Positions 41,415 to 52,712 of a stretch of DNA of 64,000 nt are shown piece after piece. Every line of letters begins with the position of its first letter. Position 1 is the stretch's first letter. The position numbers were made by a program, and so were the translations under genes. This DNA comes from an uncultured Desulfosarcina sp. (GTDB taxonomy: Bacteria > Desulfobacterota > Desulfobacteria > Desulfobacterales > Desulfosarcinaceae): NCBI GenBank assembly GCA_963674945.2, contig CAXXWQ010000004.1:1152001-1216000 (forward strand). The letters are read 5' to 3'. The notes beneath the pieces were generated by a model that worked only from the letters and a program-made list of their open reading frames with translations, was not told the DNA's origin and did not search any database.

Positions 41415-42343
41415 GTCACCTCCCGCGTTTGTTTCCGCTCCCGACCGGTATGACGTATATACATTTCCTCCAGATTGGATGCCTCGGAACGGATTTCAAG
41501 AATTCTCCAACCACGCCGCCACAACTCATCCCATAACGCAAACGGCCCTTCGGATGGCGTGATGTTGACCTGAACGTGCACCCATTCACCTTCTTGGGCA
41601 AGTACGACGACTTCATCCGGCCAGTTGCCTGAAATCAACTCATTTTGCAGGCGCAGACGGTAACGCTGACCACCCCTTTGATCCACCAACAGATCGCTAA
41701 GAGAACCTTCAATCTGGGTATGGCCGTTGTCGACAATCCCAATTCGGTTACACAACCGGTCCACATCATCCAACAGATGGGTGCACAACAGTACCCCGGT
41801 GTTTTTTTCAGCGACAAAACCGATCAAAAGGTCGTGAATCTCACACCTGCCCTTTGGATCGAGGCCATTGGTGGGTTCGTCCAAAATCAACAACCTGGGA
41901 TGGGTTATAAAAGCCCGTGCTACTGAAAGGCGCTGCTTCATTCCCCTGGAGTAAGTACCAATTAGACGGTGCCCATATTCGTCGAGTCCCACTTTTTCCA
42001 GTATGATTTTCAGATCCCGATCCGTCGATTCCAAACCATAAAGACGACCAAACCATTTAAGATAATCAGAGGCCGTCATCCATTCGTAGAATCCAGCCTT
42101 TTCAGGTATTATTCCTAACGAACGGCGAATGGAGACAGCGTTTTCCACTGGGTCCCCGCCCAAAACGCAGATACGCCCGCTTTGGTAAGCGTACAGCCCC
42201 AACAGCGCGAAAATCATAGTGGATTTGCCGGCTCCGTTCGGTCCCAGCAGACCATAGATATCGCCGGGCCGAAGGTGCAGCTCAATGCCCTTGAGAATTT
42301 CCTTACCCTCAATGCGTAAGTGCAGATTTTCGATGTCGATCAT
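41411..42343 (-). CDS. ABC exporter ATP-binding protein
   Basis: GPNGAGKST, YSRGMKQRL, LDEPTNGLDP. Confidence 0.93.
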   Translation of the reverse strand: MIDIENLHLRIEGKEILKGIELHLRPGDIYGLLGPNGAGKSTMIFALLGLYAYQSGRICVLGGDPVENAVSIRRSLGIIPEKAGFYEWMTASDYLKWFGRLYGLESTDRDLKIILEKVGLDEYGHRLIGTYSRGMKQRLSVARAFITHPRLLILDEPTNGLDPKGRCEIHDLLIGFVAEKNTGVLLCTHLLDDVDRLCNRIGIVDNGHTQIEGSLSDLLVDQRGGQRYRLRLQNELISGNWPDEVVVLAQEGEWVHVQVNITPSEGPFALWDELWRRGWRILEIRSEASNLEEMYIRHTGRERKQTREVT

Positions 42344-42586
42344 GCGATAAGCCTCAAATGGCAAACTGTTCAAATCGTGGCCTTTAGCGGTCTTGCCGTG
42401 TGACAGCTAGCCCCAAGACAGTCTGATAAAAGGATTCCGAAGTGGCCGGGTTGTATCAATCCTTATCGCTCCGGTCGTTTTTTTCATGTTAATACCTCTC
42501 TTTCCCAGGTTTATCTGGAAGTGAGATCATAAGGACGCTTCATGGTCTTGGTCCCACTGTTTCGACGCCACCATAGTCCACTAAAA

Positions 42587-42679
42587 ATGAAGAAAGCATG
42601 AACAGAATCGCGCTGAACGATTTTTTTTACCCCAAAACATACTCTTTTTTTGGAACACCCGCCTTCATCCTTTCTTCAT
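42587..42679. promoter_or_regulatory. Divergent promoter region with two oppositely oriented ATGAA-N6-ATGAA boxes
   Basis: ATGAAGAAAGCATGAA at 42587-42602 and TTCATCCTTTCTTCAT at 42664-42679, between the ABC-arnT and arnB operons. Confidence 0.7.
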
Positions 42680-42862
42680 ATTTGGGGTGTTATTCATTGT
42701 TCCAATCGGCGCCTTGAAACTCCTTTGAATCGAGTGTGAACCAATGAACCATCAAGGCAAGATAGCGACTATTGGAACCTCAATTACGTTGCGGAAATGG
42801 TTGTCCATTAAATTATCTCCGGTGGTAGTGAGGAGGAAATTTTGAAAAACGAACCGAAGCCA

Positions 42863-44020
42863 ATGCGCAACAACTTTCTTCCATTCTCCCGCCCATCGAT
42901 TGTTGAAACGGAGATCGCAGCGGTGGCCGAGGTGCTGCGCTCCGGCTGGATCACCACCGGTCCGAAAAATGCCGAGTTCGAAGCGCGCTTTAGCGAGTAC
43001 ACGGGCTGCCGGGCGGCGGTGTGTGTCAACTCGGCCACGGCGGGCATGCACATCGCCCTCAAAGCGCTGGGCATCGGGCCGGGTGACGAGGTGATCACGC
43101 CCTCCATGACCTGGGTCTCGACGGTCAACCTGATTGTCCTGTCCGGAGCCACGCCGGTTTTCGCCGATGTGGACCGGGAGACGCTCATGGTCACCGCCCA
43201 AACCATCGAGGAAAAAATCACCGCGCGCACCCGCCTGATCGTTCCGGTACATTTTGCCGGTGCCGCGGTGGACATGGATCCCATCCGCCGGCTGGCAGTC
43301 CGGCACGGCAATATTGCAATCATCGAGGATGCAGCCCATGCCGTGGGTACCGATTACCGGGGTATACCCGTGGGCCGGACGGGCACGGCCATTTTCTCCT
43401 TTCACCCCATCAAAAATATCACCACCGGCGAAGGCGGCATGGTCTGCACCGACGACCCTGAATTCGAGGCACGCATCCGCCGTCTCAAGTTTCACGGATT
43501 GGGAGTGGATGCCTTTGATCGCGAGACCCAGGGCCGTGCGCCACAGGCCGAAGTAATCGAACCCGGCTACAAGTACAACCTGCCCGATGTCCTTGCCGTG
43601 CTGGGACTGGGCCAGTTGGCGCGGCTTGATGAAATGAACGCGAAGCGCGCGATACTGGCTGAATACTACCAGCAGCAATTGAAGGATATACCCGGAATCC
43701 GGCCCCTGGCGATTCCCGACTACCCGATAAAGCACGCCTGGCACCTGTTTATCGTGCGGGTCGATGGCAAGTCGCCGGCCTTTGACCGGGATCGGTTCAT
43801 GGCTGCGCTAAAGGCGCGCAACATCGGCACCGGCCTGCATTTCCGCGCCGTCCATCTTCAAAAATACTACCGAGATGCCTTCCCCGAAGTTGTGGGAACC
43901 CTTCCCCACACCGAATGGAACACGGCCCGCATCTGCTCGCTACCCCTTTTCCCGGACATGAGGAGAGAAGATGTGGACGATGTTGTCGATGCCATCAAGG
44001 AGGTGATGGTCGATGAGTGA
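42863..44020 (+). CDS. arnB: UDP-4-amino-4-deoxy-L-arabinose aminotransferase
   Basis: [43 protein letters not shown]. Confidence 0.95.
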   Translation: MRNNFLPFSRPSIVETEIAAVAEVLRSGWITTGPKNAEFEARFSEYTGCRAAVCVNSATAGMHIALKALGIGPGDEVITPSMTWVSTVNLIVLSGATPVFADVDRETLMVTAQTIEEKITARTRLIVPVHFAGAAVDMDPIRRLAVRHGNIAIIEDAAHAVGTDYRGIPVGRTGTAIFSFHPIKNITTGEGGMVCTDDPEFEARIRRLKFHGLGVDAFDRETQGRAPQAEVIEPGYKYNLPDVLAVLGLGQLARLDEMNAKRAILAEYYQQQLKDIPGIRPLAIPDYPIKHAWHLFIVRVDGKSPAFDRDRFMAALKARNIGTGLHFRAVHLQKYYRDAFPEVVGTLPHTEWNTARICSLPLFPDMRREDVDDVVDAIKEVMVDE

Positions 44021-44978
44021 TTTGGCGATGCTGTCGGTGGTGATTCCCGTTTTCAACGAAGAGGCCAATCTCGACGAATTGATCCGCCGCTGTCTGGAGG
44101 CCTGCCGCAAGGCCGACCGGCCCTTTGAAATCATTATGGTGGATGACGGCAGCCGCGATCGCTCCGCCGAAATACTGGAAGCCGCGGCCACGGACCATCC
44201 GGGTGTGATCGTGGCCGTTTTCCTGAACCGCAACTACGGCCAGCATGCAGCCGTCATGGCCGGCTTCGAACAGGTGCGCGGCGACATCGTGATCACCCTG
44301 GACGCGGACCTTCAAAATCCCCCGGAGGAGATCCCGCGTCTGGCATCGACCATGGACCAGGGATTCGATGTGGTGGGCACTGTGCGGTCCAACCGCCAGG
44401 ACACCCTGTTTCGCCGGGCGTCATCGGCCCTTATCAACCGATCGATACAGAAAGCCACCGGCGTCATGATGCATGACTACGGATGTATGCTCAGAGCCTA
44501 CCGTGGCAAAATTGTGCAGGCCATGCGCATGTGCCGTGAACACAGCACCTTCATCCCGATTTTGGCCAACAGTTTTGCCCGCCACACCACCGAAATCGAG
44601 GTTGGGCACGACTCCCGCATGAATGGTAACTCCAAATACAGTTTGCCGAAGTTGATCTCCCTCATGTTCGACGTGGTGACCTCAATGACTACCTATCCCT
44701 TGCGATTGCTCAGCCTCCTGGGATCGATCGTATCGGCCATGGGCATCGGCTTCGGTTGTTTCCTGTTGTTCATGCGCCTCATTTTCGGGGCCACCTGGGC
44801 CGCCGAAGGGGTTTTCACCCTCTTTGCCATCCTGTTTATCTTTGTCGGCGTCCAGTTCGTGGGCATGGGCCTTCTGGGAGAATATCTCGGGCGGGTGTAT
44901 CACGACGTCCGTGCCCGGCCGCGCTTTTTTGTCCAGAGGGTGATCGCCGCCCATCAATGGGAGGAGGAAATGCGATGA
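44013..44978 (+). CDS. arnC: Undecaprenyl-phosphate L-Ara4FN transferase (GT2)
   Basis: [35 protein letters not shown]. Confidence 0.95.
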   Translation: MSDLAMLSVVIPVFNEEANLDELIRRCLEACRKADRPFEIIMVDDGSRDRSAEILEAAATDHPGVIVAVFLNRNYGQHAAVMAGFEQVRGDIVITLDADLQNPPEEIPRLASTMDQGFDVVGTVRSNRQDTLFRRASSALINRSIQKATGVMMHDYGCMLRAYRGKIVQAMRMCREHSTFIPILANSFARHTTEIEVGHDSRMNGNSKYSLPKLISLMFDVVTSMTTYPLRLLSLLGSIVSAMGIGFGCFLLFMRLIFGATWAAEGVFTLFAILFIFVGVQFVGMGLLGEYLGRVYHDVRARPRFFVQRVIAAHQWEEEMR

Positions 44979-47018
44979 AAGCGATTGTACTGGCTTATCA
45001 CAACATCGGTTGCGCCGGAATCAAGGCGCTCGTCCGCCACGGGATCGACATCACGGCGATCTTTACCCACAGGGATGATCCGGCCGAGGCGGTGTGGTTT
45101 GACTCGGTGGCCGAACTGGCGTCCAATCTCGACATCCCGGTCTTCGCCCCGGACAGCATCAATCATCCCCTGTGGGTGGAGCGCATCCGTGCCCTTAAGC
45201 CGGACATTCTCTTCTCGTTTTACTACCGGGACATGGTAAATAAGGAAGTCCTGGACGTGCCCCCCAATGGGTGTCTGAACCTGCACGGCTCGCTTCTGCC
45301 GCGTTATCGTGGCCGCTGCCCGATCAACTGGGTGCTGGTCAACGGAGAATCGGAGACTGGCGTTACGCTGCACTACATGACCCCCCGGCCCGACGACGGA
45401 GACATCGTCGGTCAACGCCGCATCCCCATCACCGACGACGACACGGCCCTGTCCCTGCATCGCAAGGCGGCTTCGGCTGCATCGGCGCTGTTGGACGACC
45501 TTTTGCCCGGCCTCATCGACGGCAGCGCCCCGCATACGCCCCAGGATAAATCCCAGGCCTCTTATTTCGACGGCCGACGACCGGTGGACGGAAAAATCGA
45601 CTGGAATCAACCGGCAGCCACGGTGAGAAATCTCGTACGCGCCGTCACCCGGCCCTATCCCGGTGCCTTCAGCCATATCGGCAACCGCCAGTGCTTCTTC
45701 TGGTCGGTTTGCGAAACCAATGCCGACAGCGGTGTACCGGGAACGATTCTCTCCGTGGCGCCGCTTACCATAAAATGCGGCCGTGGTGCCATCGAAATCC
45801 TCTCGGGGCAATGCAACGGCAGCATTACCCATAGCGGCTCGCAATTGGCCGAGGAATTGGGGTTGGTCGCCGGCATGCGCTTCGGCGGCCTCCCCAATAT
45901 CCATATCCAGAAGATACGCAAAAAATGCGTTTTAATTCTCGGCATCAACGGATTTATCGGCAACCACCTCAGCGAACGCCTTCTGGCCAGCGGAAGGTAT
46001 GAAGTCCACGGCATGGACTTGAATGCCGACTCCCTGGAGCGGCTCATGGACCACCCTGATTTTCACTTTTTGAAGGCGATATCGCCATTCACCGGGAGTG
46101 GATCGAGTACCATGTGCGCAAATGCGATATCGTCCTGCCGCTCGTGGCCATCGCCACCCCCATCGAATATGTACGCAACCCGTTGCGGGTCTTCGAGCTG
46201 GATTTCGAAGAGAACCTACGCGTGGTGCGTTACTGCGCCAAGTACGGCAAGCGGATTATCTTCCCTTCCACTTCCGAAGTCTATGGCATGTGCGCCGATG
46301 AGCGCTTTGACGAGGATCACTCTCGCCTGGTATTGGGTCCGATCCGCAAACAGCGCTGGATCTACTCGTGCAGCAAGCAGCTCCTCGACCGTGTGATCTG
46401 GGCCTATGGTGCCACCCGGTCGCTGCCCTTCACCCTGTTCCGGCCCTTCAACTGGATCGGCCCGCGCCTGGACAGCCTGGAATCGGCACGCATCGGTAGT
46501 TCGCGGGCCATCACCCAGTTGATTCTCAATCTGACCGAGGGGACCCCCATCAAGCTTGTGGACGGAGGTCGCAGATGCGCTGTTTCACCGATGTCAAGGA
46601 CGGTGTGGAGTGCCTCTTCCGGATTATCGAAAACCACGGCAATGCCTGCGACAGACGAATCTTTAATATCGGTAACCCGGACAATGAAGCGTCCATCGAA
46701 GCGCTGGCCATTATGCTCACCGACCAATTTGCGCAGCATCCCCTAAGAGACCACTTTCCGCCCCTGGCCGGCATCCGAAAGGTGGAGAGCCGCACCTATT
46801 ACGGATCCGGCTACGAGGATGTTCAGCATCGCCGACCCAACATCGAAAACGCCCGGCGGCTTCTGGACTGGACACCCCGCATCCCCCTTGAACAATCGAT
46901 CGCAGAGACCCTGAACTTTTTCCTGTGTGATGCCGCCGGCGTCAACAACCAGGCGATGCCTTCAGCGGAGGGTAGAAAAACGATCACAATGGCCCGGTCC
47001 AAGGAGGCTGTTGCGTGA
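44975..47018 (+). pseudogene. arnA: Bifunctional UDP-L-Ara4N formyltransferase / UDP-GlcA decarboxylase with two frameshifts
   Basis: Intact formyltransferase domain (NLHGSLLP); decarboxylase domain split over three frames at about 46070 (HF-x-EGDI) and about 46570 (DGG-x-QMRCFTD). Confidence 0.88.
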
Positions 47019-47920
47019 CGGCACTCGGGTTGCGTGTGGATGCGGACACGCTAAGCGGTACCCGAAAGGGTGTGCCGACCCTGTGCCGCCTCTTCCGCCG
47101 GCATGGCATCCATGCCTCCTTTTTCTTTTCCGTGGGTCCGGACAACATGGGCCGCCACCTTTGGCGGCTGCTGCGCCCGGCGTTTCTCGTCAAGATGCTT
47201 CGTTCACGCGCCGCCAGCCTGTACGGATGGGATATCCTGCTGCGGGGGACGTTCTGGCCTGGACCGGATATCGGCTCCCATGCTGCAAAAATGATTCGTG
47301 ATGCGGCTGACGATGGCCATGAGATCGGTCTGCATGCCTGGGATCATCATGCCTGGCAGTCTCATATCGAGAAGATGGATGGGGCGGCGATCGACAAAGT
47401 GCTCCGTAACGGACTCGACCGGCTGAGCAAGATCACCGGGCGACTGCCGGAGTGCTCGGCCGCCCCGGCTTGGCGCTGTACCCCGCAGGTATTAACAAAA
47501 AAAATTGCATTCCCTTTTGTCTATAACAGCGATTGCCGCGGCCACAGTATCTTCTATCCGGTGGTAGGTGAACGGTACTTGCCCCAACCCCAGATCCCCG
47601 TCACCCTGCCCACCTATGATGAAGTGATCGACCGAAATGGGATTACGAACGCCAACTACAACGACTATCTTCTCGGCCTGATCCAACCCGGCCGCCTCAA
47701 TGTGCTGGCGATCCATGCCGAGGTGGAGGGCGGCGTCTGCGAGGGCATGTTTTCCGCGTTCTTAGACAGCGCCCTGGCCTGTGGAATCAACCCGGTTCCC
47801 TTGCGCGCACTGTTGGATACAGCCGATATCAGTCCGTCGGAGATGGTCCAAACAACCTTTGCCGGTCGTGAAGGATGGATTTCCTGCCAGCTTAAAAAAC
47901 AGAAAGCAATCCATGAATAA
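47015..47920 (+). CDS. arnD: Undecaprenyl-phosphate L-Ara4FN deformylase
   Basis: [33 protein letters not shown]. Confidence 0.95.
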   Translation: MTALGLRVDADTLSGTRKGVPTLCRLFRRHGIHASFFFSVGPDNMGRHLWRLLRPAFLVKMLRSRAASLYGWDILLRGTFWPGPDIGSHAAKMIRDAADDGHEIGLHAWDHHAWQSHIEKMDGAAIDKVLRNGLDRLSKITGRLPECSAAPAWRCTPQVLTKKIAFPFVYNSDCRGHSIFYPVVGERYLPQPQIPVTLPTYDEVIDRNGITNANYNDYLLGLIQPGRLNVLAIHAEVEGGVCEGMFSAFLDSALACGINPVPLRALLDTADISPSEMVQTTFAGREGWISCQLKKQKAIHE

Positions 47921-48284
47921 ATATCTACCCCTGATCATTACCGGAGTCTTGCTCAACGCTGCGGCCCAGATCGTCCTCAAGCGGGGCATGCTGGCCATTG
48001 GTAAATTCTCATTCACTATAGACAACTTGATTCCCATCGGCCTGCGGGTCGGGTCGAACCCTTTTGTATTACTCGGTATCGGTTTCTATGGTATCAGTGT
48101 TGTGGTTTGGCTACTGGTGCTTTCCCGTGTTGATGTCAGCTATGCCTACCCAATGTTGAGCATCGGTTATATTGTCGCAGCATTGGCTGGAAAAGTGTTT
48201 TTCGGAGAACCAGTGGACATCGTCCGGTGGTTAGGCATTTGTACCATCTGTTTGGGTGTATACTTGATTACGCGCACGGCATAA
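47913..48284 (+). CDS. SMR/EamA-type flippase subunit (ArnE/ArnF-like)
   Basis: 4 TM; WLLVLSRVDVSYAYPMLS; directly follows arnD. Confidence 0.85.
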   Translation: MNKYLPLIITGVLLNAAAQIVLKRGMLAIGKFSFTIDNLIPIGLRVGSNPFVLLGIGFYGISVVVWLLVLSRVDVSYAYPMLSIGYIVAALAGKVFFGEPVDIVRWLGICTICLGVYLITRTA

Positions 48285-48315
48285 TTCTTATCATTAAGGA
48301 GCTAATGCCTCCATT

Positions 48316-49161
48316 GTGTATTCGGGCAAAAAGGAGCAAATCCTGTTGGAAAACACTGTATGTGTTCACAGTCAGGTTTCATGGCGGTTTGCCTGTTGGA
48401 TCGCTTTTGCCCTTTTCCTCATCTTCCCCATGCCCTGTGGTGCGGAGGGTAAAACCACCGTCGAAGCCTTTCGGCCGGGTGAACGCCTGACATTTTCCCT
48501 CAAATGGACCATCGTTCCAGCGGGTGAGGCCGTACTGGAGGTTCTTCCAAGGGAATCGGTGGCCGATTACAGTGATGCTCACCACTTCGTTCTAACGGCA
48601 CGATCCAGTGCATTTATCGATTCCATTTACAAGGTTAGGGAGCGTATCGAGTCCTGGGCTGATTCCGACATGTACCGATCGGTGAGATACCGAAAAAAAC
48701 AGATTGAAGGGGGGACAAAGCGGGATATCAACATTGTTTTCGACTGGCAGAAGATGACCGCCCAATACAGCAACTATGGAAAGATGCAGGAACCGATCCC
48801 CATTTCCGAGGGCACCCTAGATCCGCTTTCTGTATTTTATTGGGTTCGAGCCGCTACACTGGTAGCGGGCAGCCACGTTCAGCGGTTGGTGACCGATGGG
48901 AAAGAACAGGTATTGGGCGTGGCCCATGTGATTCGAAATGAACGGATAAAGGTACCTGCCGGAACCTTCGATACGGTTCTCATTGAACCGGATCTTTCCC
49001 ATGTTGGCGGGGTCTTCGAAAAGAGTCCGGACGCAAAAATTCAATTGTGGATTTCTGCGGATCATCGGCGATTGCCGATAAAACTCACGAGCAAGGTAAT
49101 CATTGGCAGTTTCACTGGAGAGTTGGTCGAGATGGTCGGGGTGGTACCTCTATCAAAGTGA
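48316..49161 (+). CDS. DUF3108 family exported protein
   Basis: FRPGERLTF.L.W..VPAG, DPLS.FY, IKVPAGTFDT, LWIS.D...LP. Confidence 0.8.
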   Translation: MYSGKKEQILLENTVCVHSQVSWRFACWIAFALFLIFPMPCGAEGKTTVEAFRPGERLTFSLKWTIVPAGEAVLEVLPRESVADYSDAHHFVLTARSSAFIDSIYKVRERIESWADSDMYRSVRYRKKQIEGGTKRDINIVFDWQKMTAQYSNYGKMQEPIPISEGTLDPLSVFYWVRAATLVAGSHVQRLVTDGKEQVLGVAHVIRNERIKVPAGTFDTVLIEPDLSHVGGVFEKSPDAKIQLWISADHRRLPIKLTSKVIIGSFTGELVEMVGVVPLSK

Positions 49162-49454
49162 TCTTTTATTCAATGGTCCCATATCGGCCGAGCACTATTG
49201 CCAATCAGTGCTCAGTTCCTAATCAAGGTTGTCAACTCAAGACTATTTTCAGTATCCCCAATGAAAATTTTCGGTTGGCGAATCGAGATTGGATCTATTG
49301 AAAAATCTGGTGCAAGATAGATCGTATGAACCGAATTTCAGGTTTTTGCGGTACCGGACAAAAAAACACTTGGTTATGCAGGCAAGGTTTCATAAAATCA
49401 GACCACTGGCAACCTATACGTGATCACTTTGAATTTCTGACGGTGCATTAGAAA

Positions 49455-50354
49455 ATGGTAAATGATACGGAAAATCAGAAACAATCCGTGTCCCTGGTAT
49501 TGGGCAGTGGAGGTGCGCGGGGGCTGGCACACATCGGTATTATCCGATGGTTGCAGGAGAATAACTATAACATCCAGTCGGTGGCGGGCTCCTCCATGGG
49601 GGCAGTGGTGGGTGGCATTTTTGCGGCAGGGAAGCTGAGTATTTACGAGCAGTGGGTCAAGAAGTTGAGCAAAGCTGATGTACTGCTATTGCTTGACTTT
49701 TCCTTCAGCAAGTCTGGTTTGTTTAAGGGCGATCGGATTATCGAACAGCTCAAGGAGTTAATTGGTGAATGCAATATTGAAGATTTGCCCATATCATTTA
49801 CAGCCGTAGCAACAGACATCGTAGCCGGCAAGGAGGTCTGGCTCAGCCATGGGCCATTGTTCGATGCCATCCGGGCGTCTTTCGCCATACCTACCCTGTT
49901 TACACCTTATCATTACCGTGGTCGCCGGCTAGTGGACGGTGGCCTGATCGATCCCATACCCATTGCGCCAACACTCAAGGATTTAACCGATCTAACCATT
50001 GCAGTGAATTTAAATGGCACCGTACAACATCAACCGGGAGGCAGTGGCGACGATGAAATCGAAAAAAGCCAAGAGAACCACTACAGGAATCCTATCAGAA
50101 AACTCATCAAGGAACATTCTTCACGAACAAAAAGCAAAGACGATGAATGGGGCTTTTTCGATGTGATTCACCACTCTCTGGAGACCATGCAAAGCACTAT
50201 CTCACGTTTAAAACTGGCGGCCTACTCCCCGGATGTGATCATCGATATTCCCAACAATGCCTGCGGTCCCTTTGAGTTCTATAGGGCCACGGAGATGATC
50301 GAATTAGGCCGTACCATGGCTCAGAAAGCGCTGGGGGGCAGATCAACGAATTAG
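49455..50354 (+). CDS. Patatin-like phospholipase (RssA-like)
   Basis: GSGGARG, GSSMG nucleophile, DGG. Confidence 0.93.
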   Translation: MVNDTENQKQSVSLVLGSGGARGLAHIGIIRWLQENNYNIQSVAGSSMGAVVGGIFAAGKLSIYEQWVKKLSKADVLLLLDFSFSKSGLFKGDRIIEQLKELIGECNIEDLPISFTAVATDIVAGKEVWLSHGPLFDAIRASFAIPTLFTPYHYRGRRLVDGGLIDPIPIAPTLKDLTDLTIAVNLNGTVQHQPGGSGDDEIEKSQENHYRNPIRKLIKEHSSRTKSKDDEWGFFDVIHHSLETMQSTISRLKLAAYSPDVIIDIPNNACGPFEFYRATEMIELGRTMAQKALGGRSTN

Positions 50355-50560
50355 TCCTTTCAGCCACTGTTATCTGCTCGTTTGCGGCAGCCATATGGGT
50401 ACTTGTTTGACCCCAACCGAAAGATTTCTTACAATCGGCCTACCTACGAATACGCGACGAGTTTTTTTTGTACAGGCAATCACATGTTTTTTTAAGGTCG
50501 CCAAAAATGTACGGCATCTTGCAATTCTGAAGATTTCACAGCAAAAAAAACATTGCTGAA

Positions 50561-51190
50561 TTAAAGGGCCATGGCCCATTTGAAAACGTTGTCCAGAAAC
50601 TTCTGGGTCTTCTTGACCACGCCGTATCCGGCATGGACCTCCGGGTCCAGGGTGGTCGCCAGAATCCGGCCTTTGAAATTTCTTGAATCCAAATAGATGA
50701 TATCACCGTCGTCCCCGTATCTCAGAAGCACTTCGGCATTGGCAGGGGCCTTGAACATGCCGTGAAAATGCCATTGCAGGTCATCGATGGTCAGGTTCTC
50801 AAACAAGGGATGCTCGGGCTTCAGTATCCGATAGGGATCCGTGACCAGTTGCCCTTTGTCCCATATACATTCCTTTGTGCCGTCCTCCTTGTATACAAAG
50901 TCCGGATACCGGTCCTCCCACTGACAGAGGGGAAGCCAGGGCCTGGTAACCTCTCCGAATGAAATCAGCAAGTTGCCCTGATTCAGAAATTCCTTGATCA
51001 TGGGTTTTGTCTGAAGCAAGACCTCCTGGTTGGATTCACGGGGAACAATCAGAACATCAAATGCCAAGATGTCCGTTGCCGGGAAATCACAGGCGTGAAT
51101 CACATGGTTTATCCATTTACCGTATTTATCGGATGTAAATAGATCATGCTGCCATTGGGAACCTGAATAAAATACACCGATCTCAGCCAT
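50561..51190 (-). CDS. Hypothetical protein, class I GATase-like fold (paralog 2)
   Basis: FDVLIVP...EFLNQGNLLISFGE, HPLFENL..DDL.WHFHG, ATTLDP..H; paralogous to 51183-51830. Confidence 0.7.
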   Translation of the reverse strand: MAEIGVFYSGSQWQHDLFTSDKYGKWINHVIHACDFPATDILAFDVLIVPRESNQEVLLQTKPMIKEFLNQGNLLISFGEVTRPWLPLCQWEDRYPDFVYKEDGTKECIWDKGQLVTDPYRILKPEHPLFENLTIDDLQWHFHGMFKAPANAEVLLRYGDDGDIIYLDSRNFKGRILATTLDPEVHAGYGVVKKTQKFLDNVFKWAMAL

Positions 51191-51830
51191 TTGTTTTCCC
51201 CTTTTTGATTTTTATGGATTCCTCTTTGGCCCATCGTAAGATATTATTCAGGAGGACGTCCGCACCCTTTATCAAATGATAGGAGTGGCAGATGGCATCC
51301 AGTTGGCTGGCGGCCAGAATGACGCCCTTTGTGGAGTGCCGGTCGATATACATGACCGGATCTCCCAACATGTTGGTGACCAGAATCTCGGCCCCTTCGG
51401 GCGCAATGAAATGGCCGTGACAACACCATCCTGTCGCCCCCTTATGCCAGTGAAGGTCATCCGGTTTCAGATTATCCAGAATGACCGGATGCCTGTGATG
51501 GATCGTTAACGGCTCGTCATCCTCAGGTTTTACCCCGTCCCATGTGCAGGCGGGCAGCCACTTGTTTGTCACCTCCCCGAAGGAGATGACGATTTTCCCC
51601 GAATCCAGATACGCGGCAATTTTATCGCGTACCCGGTACAAGATCTCCTGATCCGTGCCCCTGGGCAGGATCAGCACGTCATAGACGAAAAGATTGGTTT
51701 CAGGCAGGGTGCAAACCGGCAGTATCTCCAGTCGCTTCCTGAATTTTTCCCGGTCCAGTACGCCATGCTGGTAACTTAAGCCAGAGTAAACAGCGGCCAT
51801 CCTGACTTCGGCCGGATCCATAGCATTCAT
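51183..51830 (-). CDS. Hypothetical protein, class I GATase-like fold (paralog 1)
   Basis: YDVLILP...AYLDSGKIVISFGE, DDLHWH...WCCHGHF, SQLDAICH. Confidence 0.7.
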   Translation of the reverse strand: MNAMDPAEVRMAAVYSGLSYQHGVLDREKFRKRLEILPVCTLPETNLFVYDVLILPRGTDQEILYRVRDKIAAYLDSGKIVISFGEVTNKWLPACTWDGVKPEDDEPLTIHHRHPVILDNLKPDDLHWHKGATGWCCHGHFIAPEGAEILVTNMLGDPVMYIDRHSTKGVILAASQLDAICHSYHLIKGADVLLNNILRWAKEESIKIKKGKTNG

Positions 51831-51917
51831 TTACGTATCTCCCTTTTATCTTGGTGGAGCGGCATCTTATCATTTACTGATCCAACGCTCATATTCGTGC
51901 TGTATTTGCCAGCCCGG

Positions 51918-52712
51918 TTAACTGTTTCTCAGCGGAACGACTGTCCTGCCATCCTGGCCGTCTTGCTCAAACGAGAGAATTCTGACATTCATCTCAAATA
52001 CATTTTTCATATTCTCTTCTGTAATCACGGATGCCGGACATCCGGTCACAACGGTTTTGCCTTTTCCCATTAACAGGGCCTTATGGGAAACGGACAGGGC
52101 ATGGTCCGGAAAATGGGTGGTCATGATGGAAGCGATGTTTTTCTCCCTGGACAGCTTTTCGAGTACATCGAGAATGACCATCTGTTTGTTGAAATCCAGG
52201 TGTGAAGTGGGTTCATCAAGCAACAGCACCATGGGCTGTGCGGCCAGTGCCCGGGCGATGAGGACAAGCTGGGCCTCTCCGCCGCTCAGGTGGGGATACG
52301 GTCTATCCACCAGATGCCCGATACACAAGGTTTCAATGGCCTCCCGGGCGATTTTCTCGTCCCTGGCCGAGGGGGAAGAAAACAATCCCATATAGGGCGC
52401 TCTTCCCATGAGAACCATTTCAAATACGGTATAGGGAAAGGTCAAATCGCTGGTCTGCGCCACGTAGCCCACTTTTTTACCGATATCCATCTTTTTCAAG
52501 GTCTCCAGATTCCTGCCCCCGATCCGCACCTGCCCCTGCCTGAGACAATGCAACCCGTTGATGCATTTGAGCAGGGTGGTTTTACCGGATCCATTGGGGC
52601 CGAGAATGCTGAAAATTTCACCTTGGGCCACTGAAAAACCGATCTCCCGAAACACATATTCGCCGCCATCATATCCGAAAGCCGCATTTTCCACCTCTAT
52701 GATCATGTCCAT
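51918..52712 (-). CDS. Metal-chelate/cobalamin ABC importer ATP-binding subunit (FecE/BtuD-like)
   Basis: GPNGSGKTT, LSGGE, LDEPTSHLD, TTHFPD. Confidence 0.93.
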   Translation of the reverse strand: MDMIIEVENAAFGYDGGEYVFREIGFSVAQGEIFSILGPNGSGKTTLLKCINGLHCLRQGQVRIGGRNLETLKKMDIGKKVGYVAQTSDLTFPYTVFEMVLMGRAPYMGLFSSPSARDEKIAREAIETLCIGHLVDRPYPHLSGGEAQLVLIARALAAQPMVLLLDEPTSHLDFNKQMVILDVLEKLSREKNIASIMTTHFPDHALSVSHKALLMGKGKTVVTGCPASVITEENMKNVFEMNVRILSFEQDGQDGRTVVPLRNS

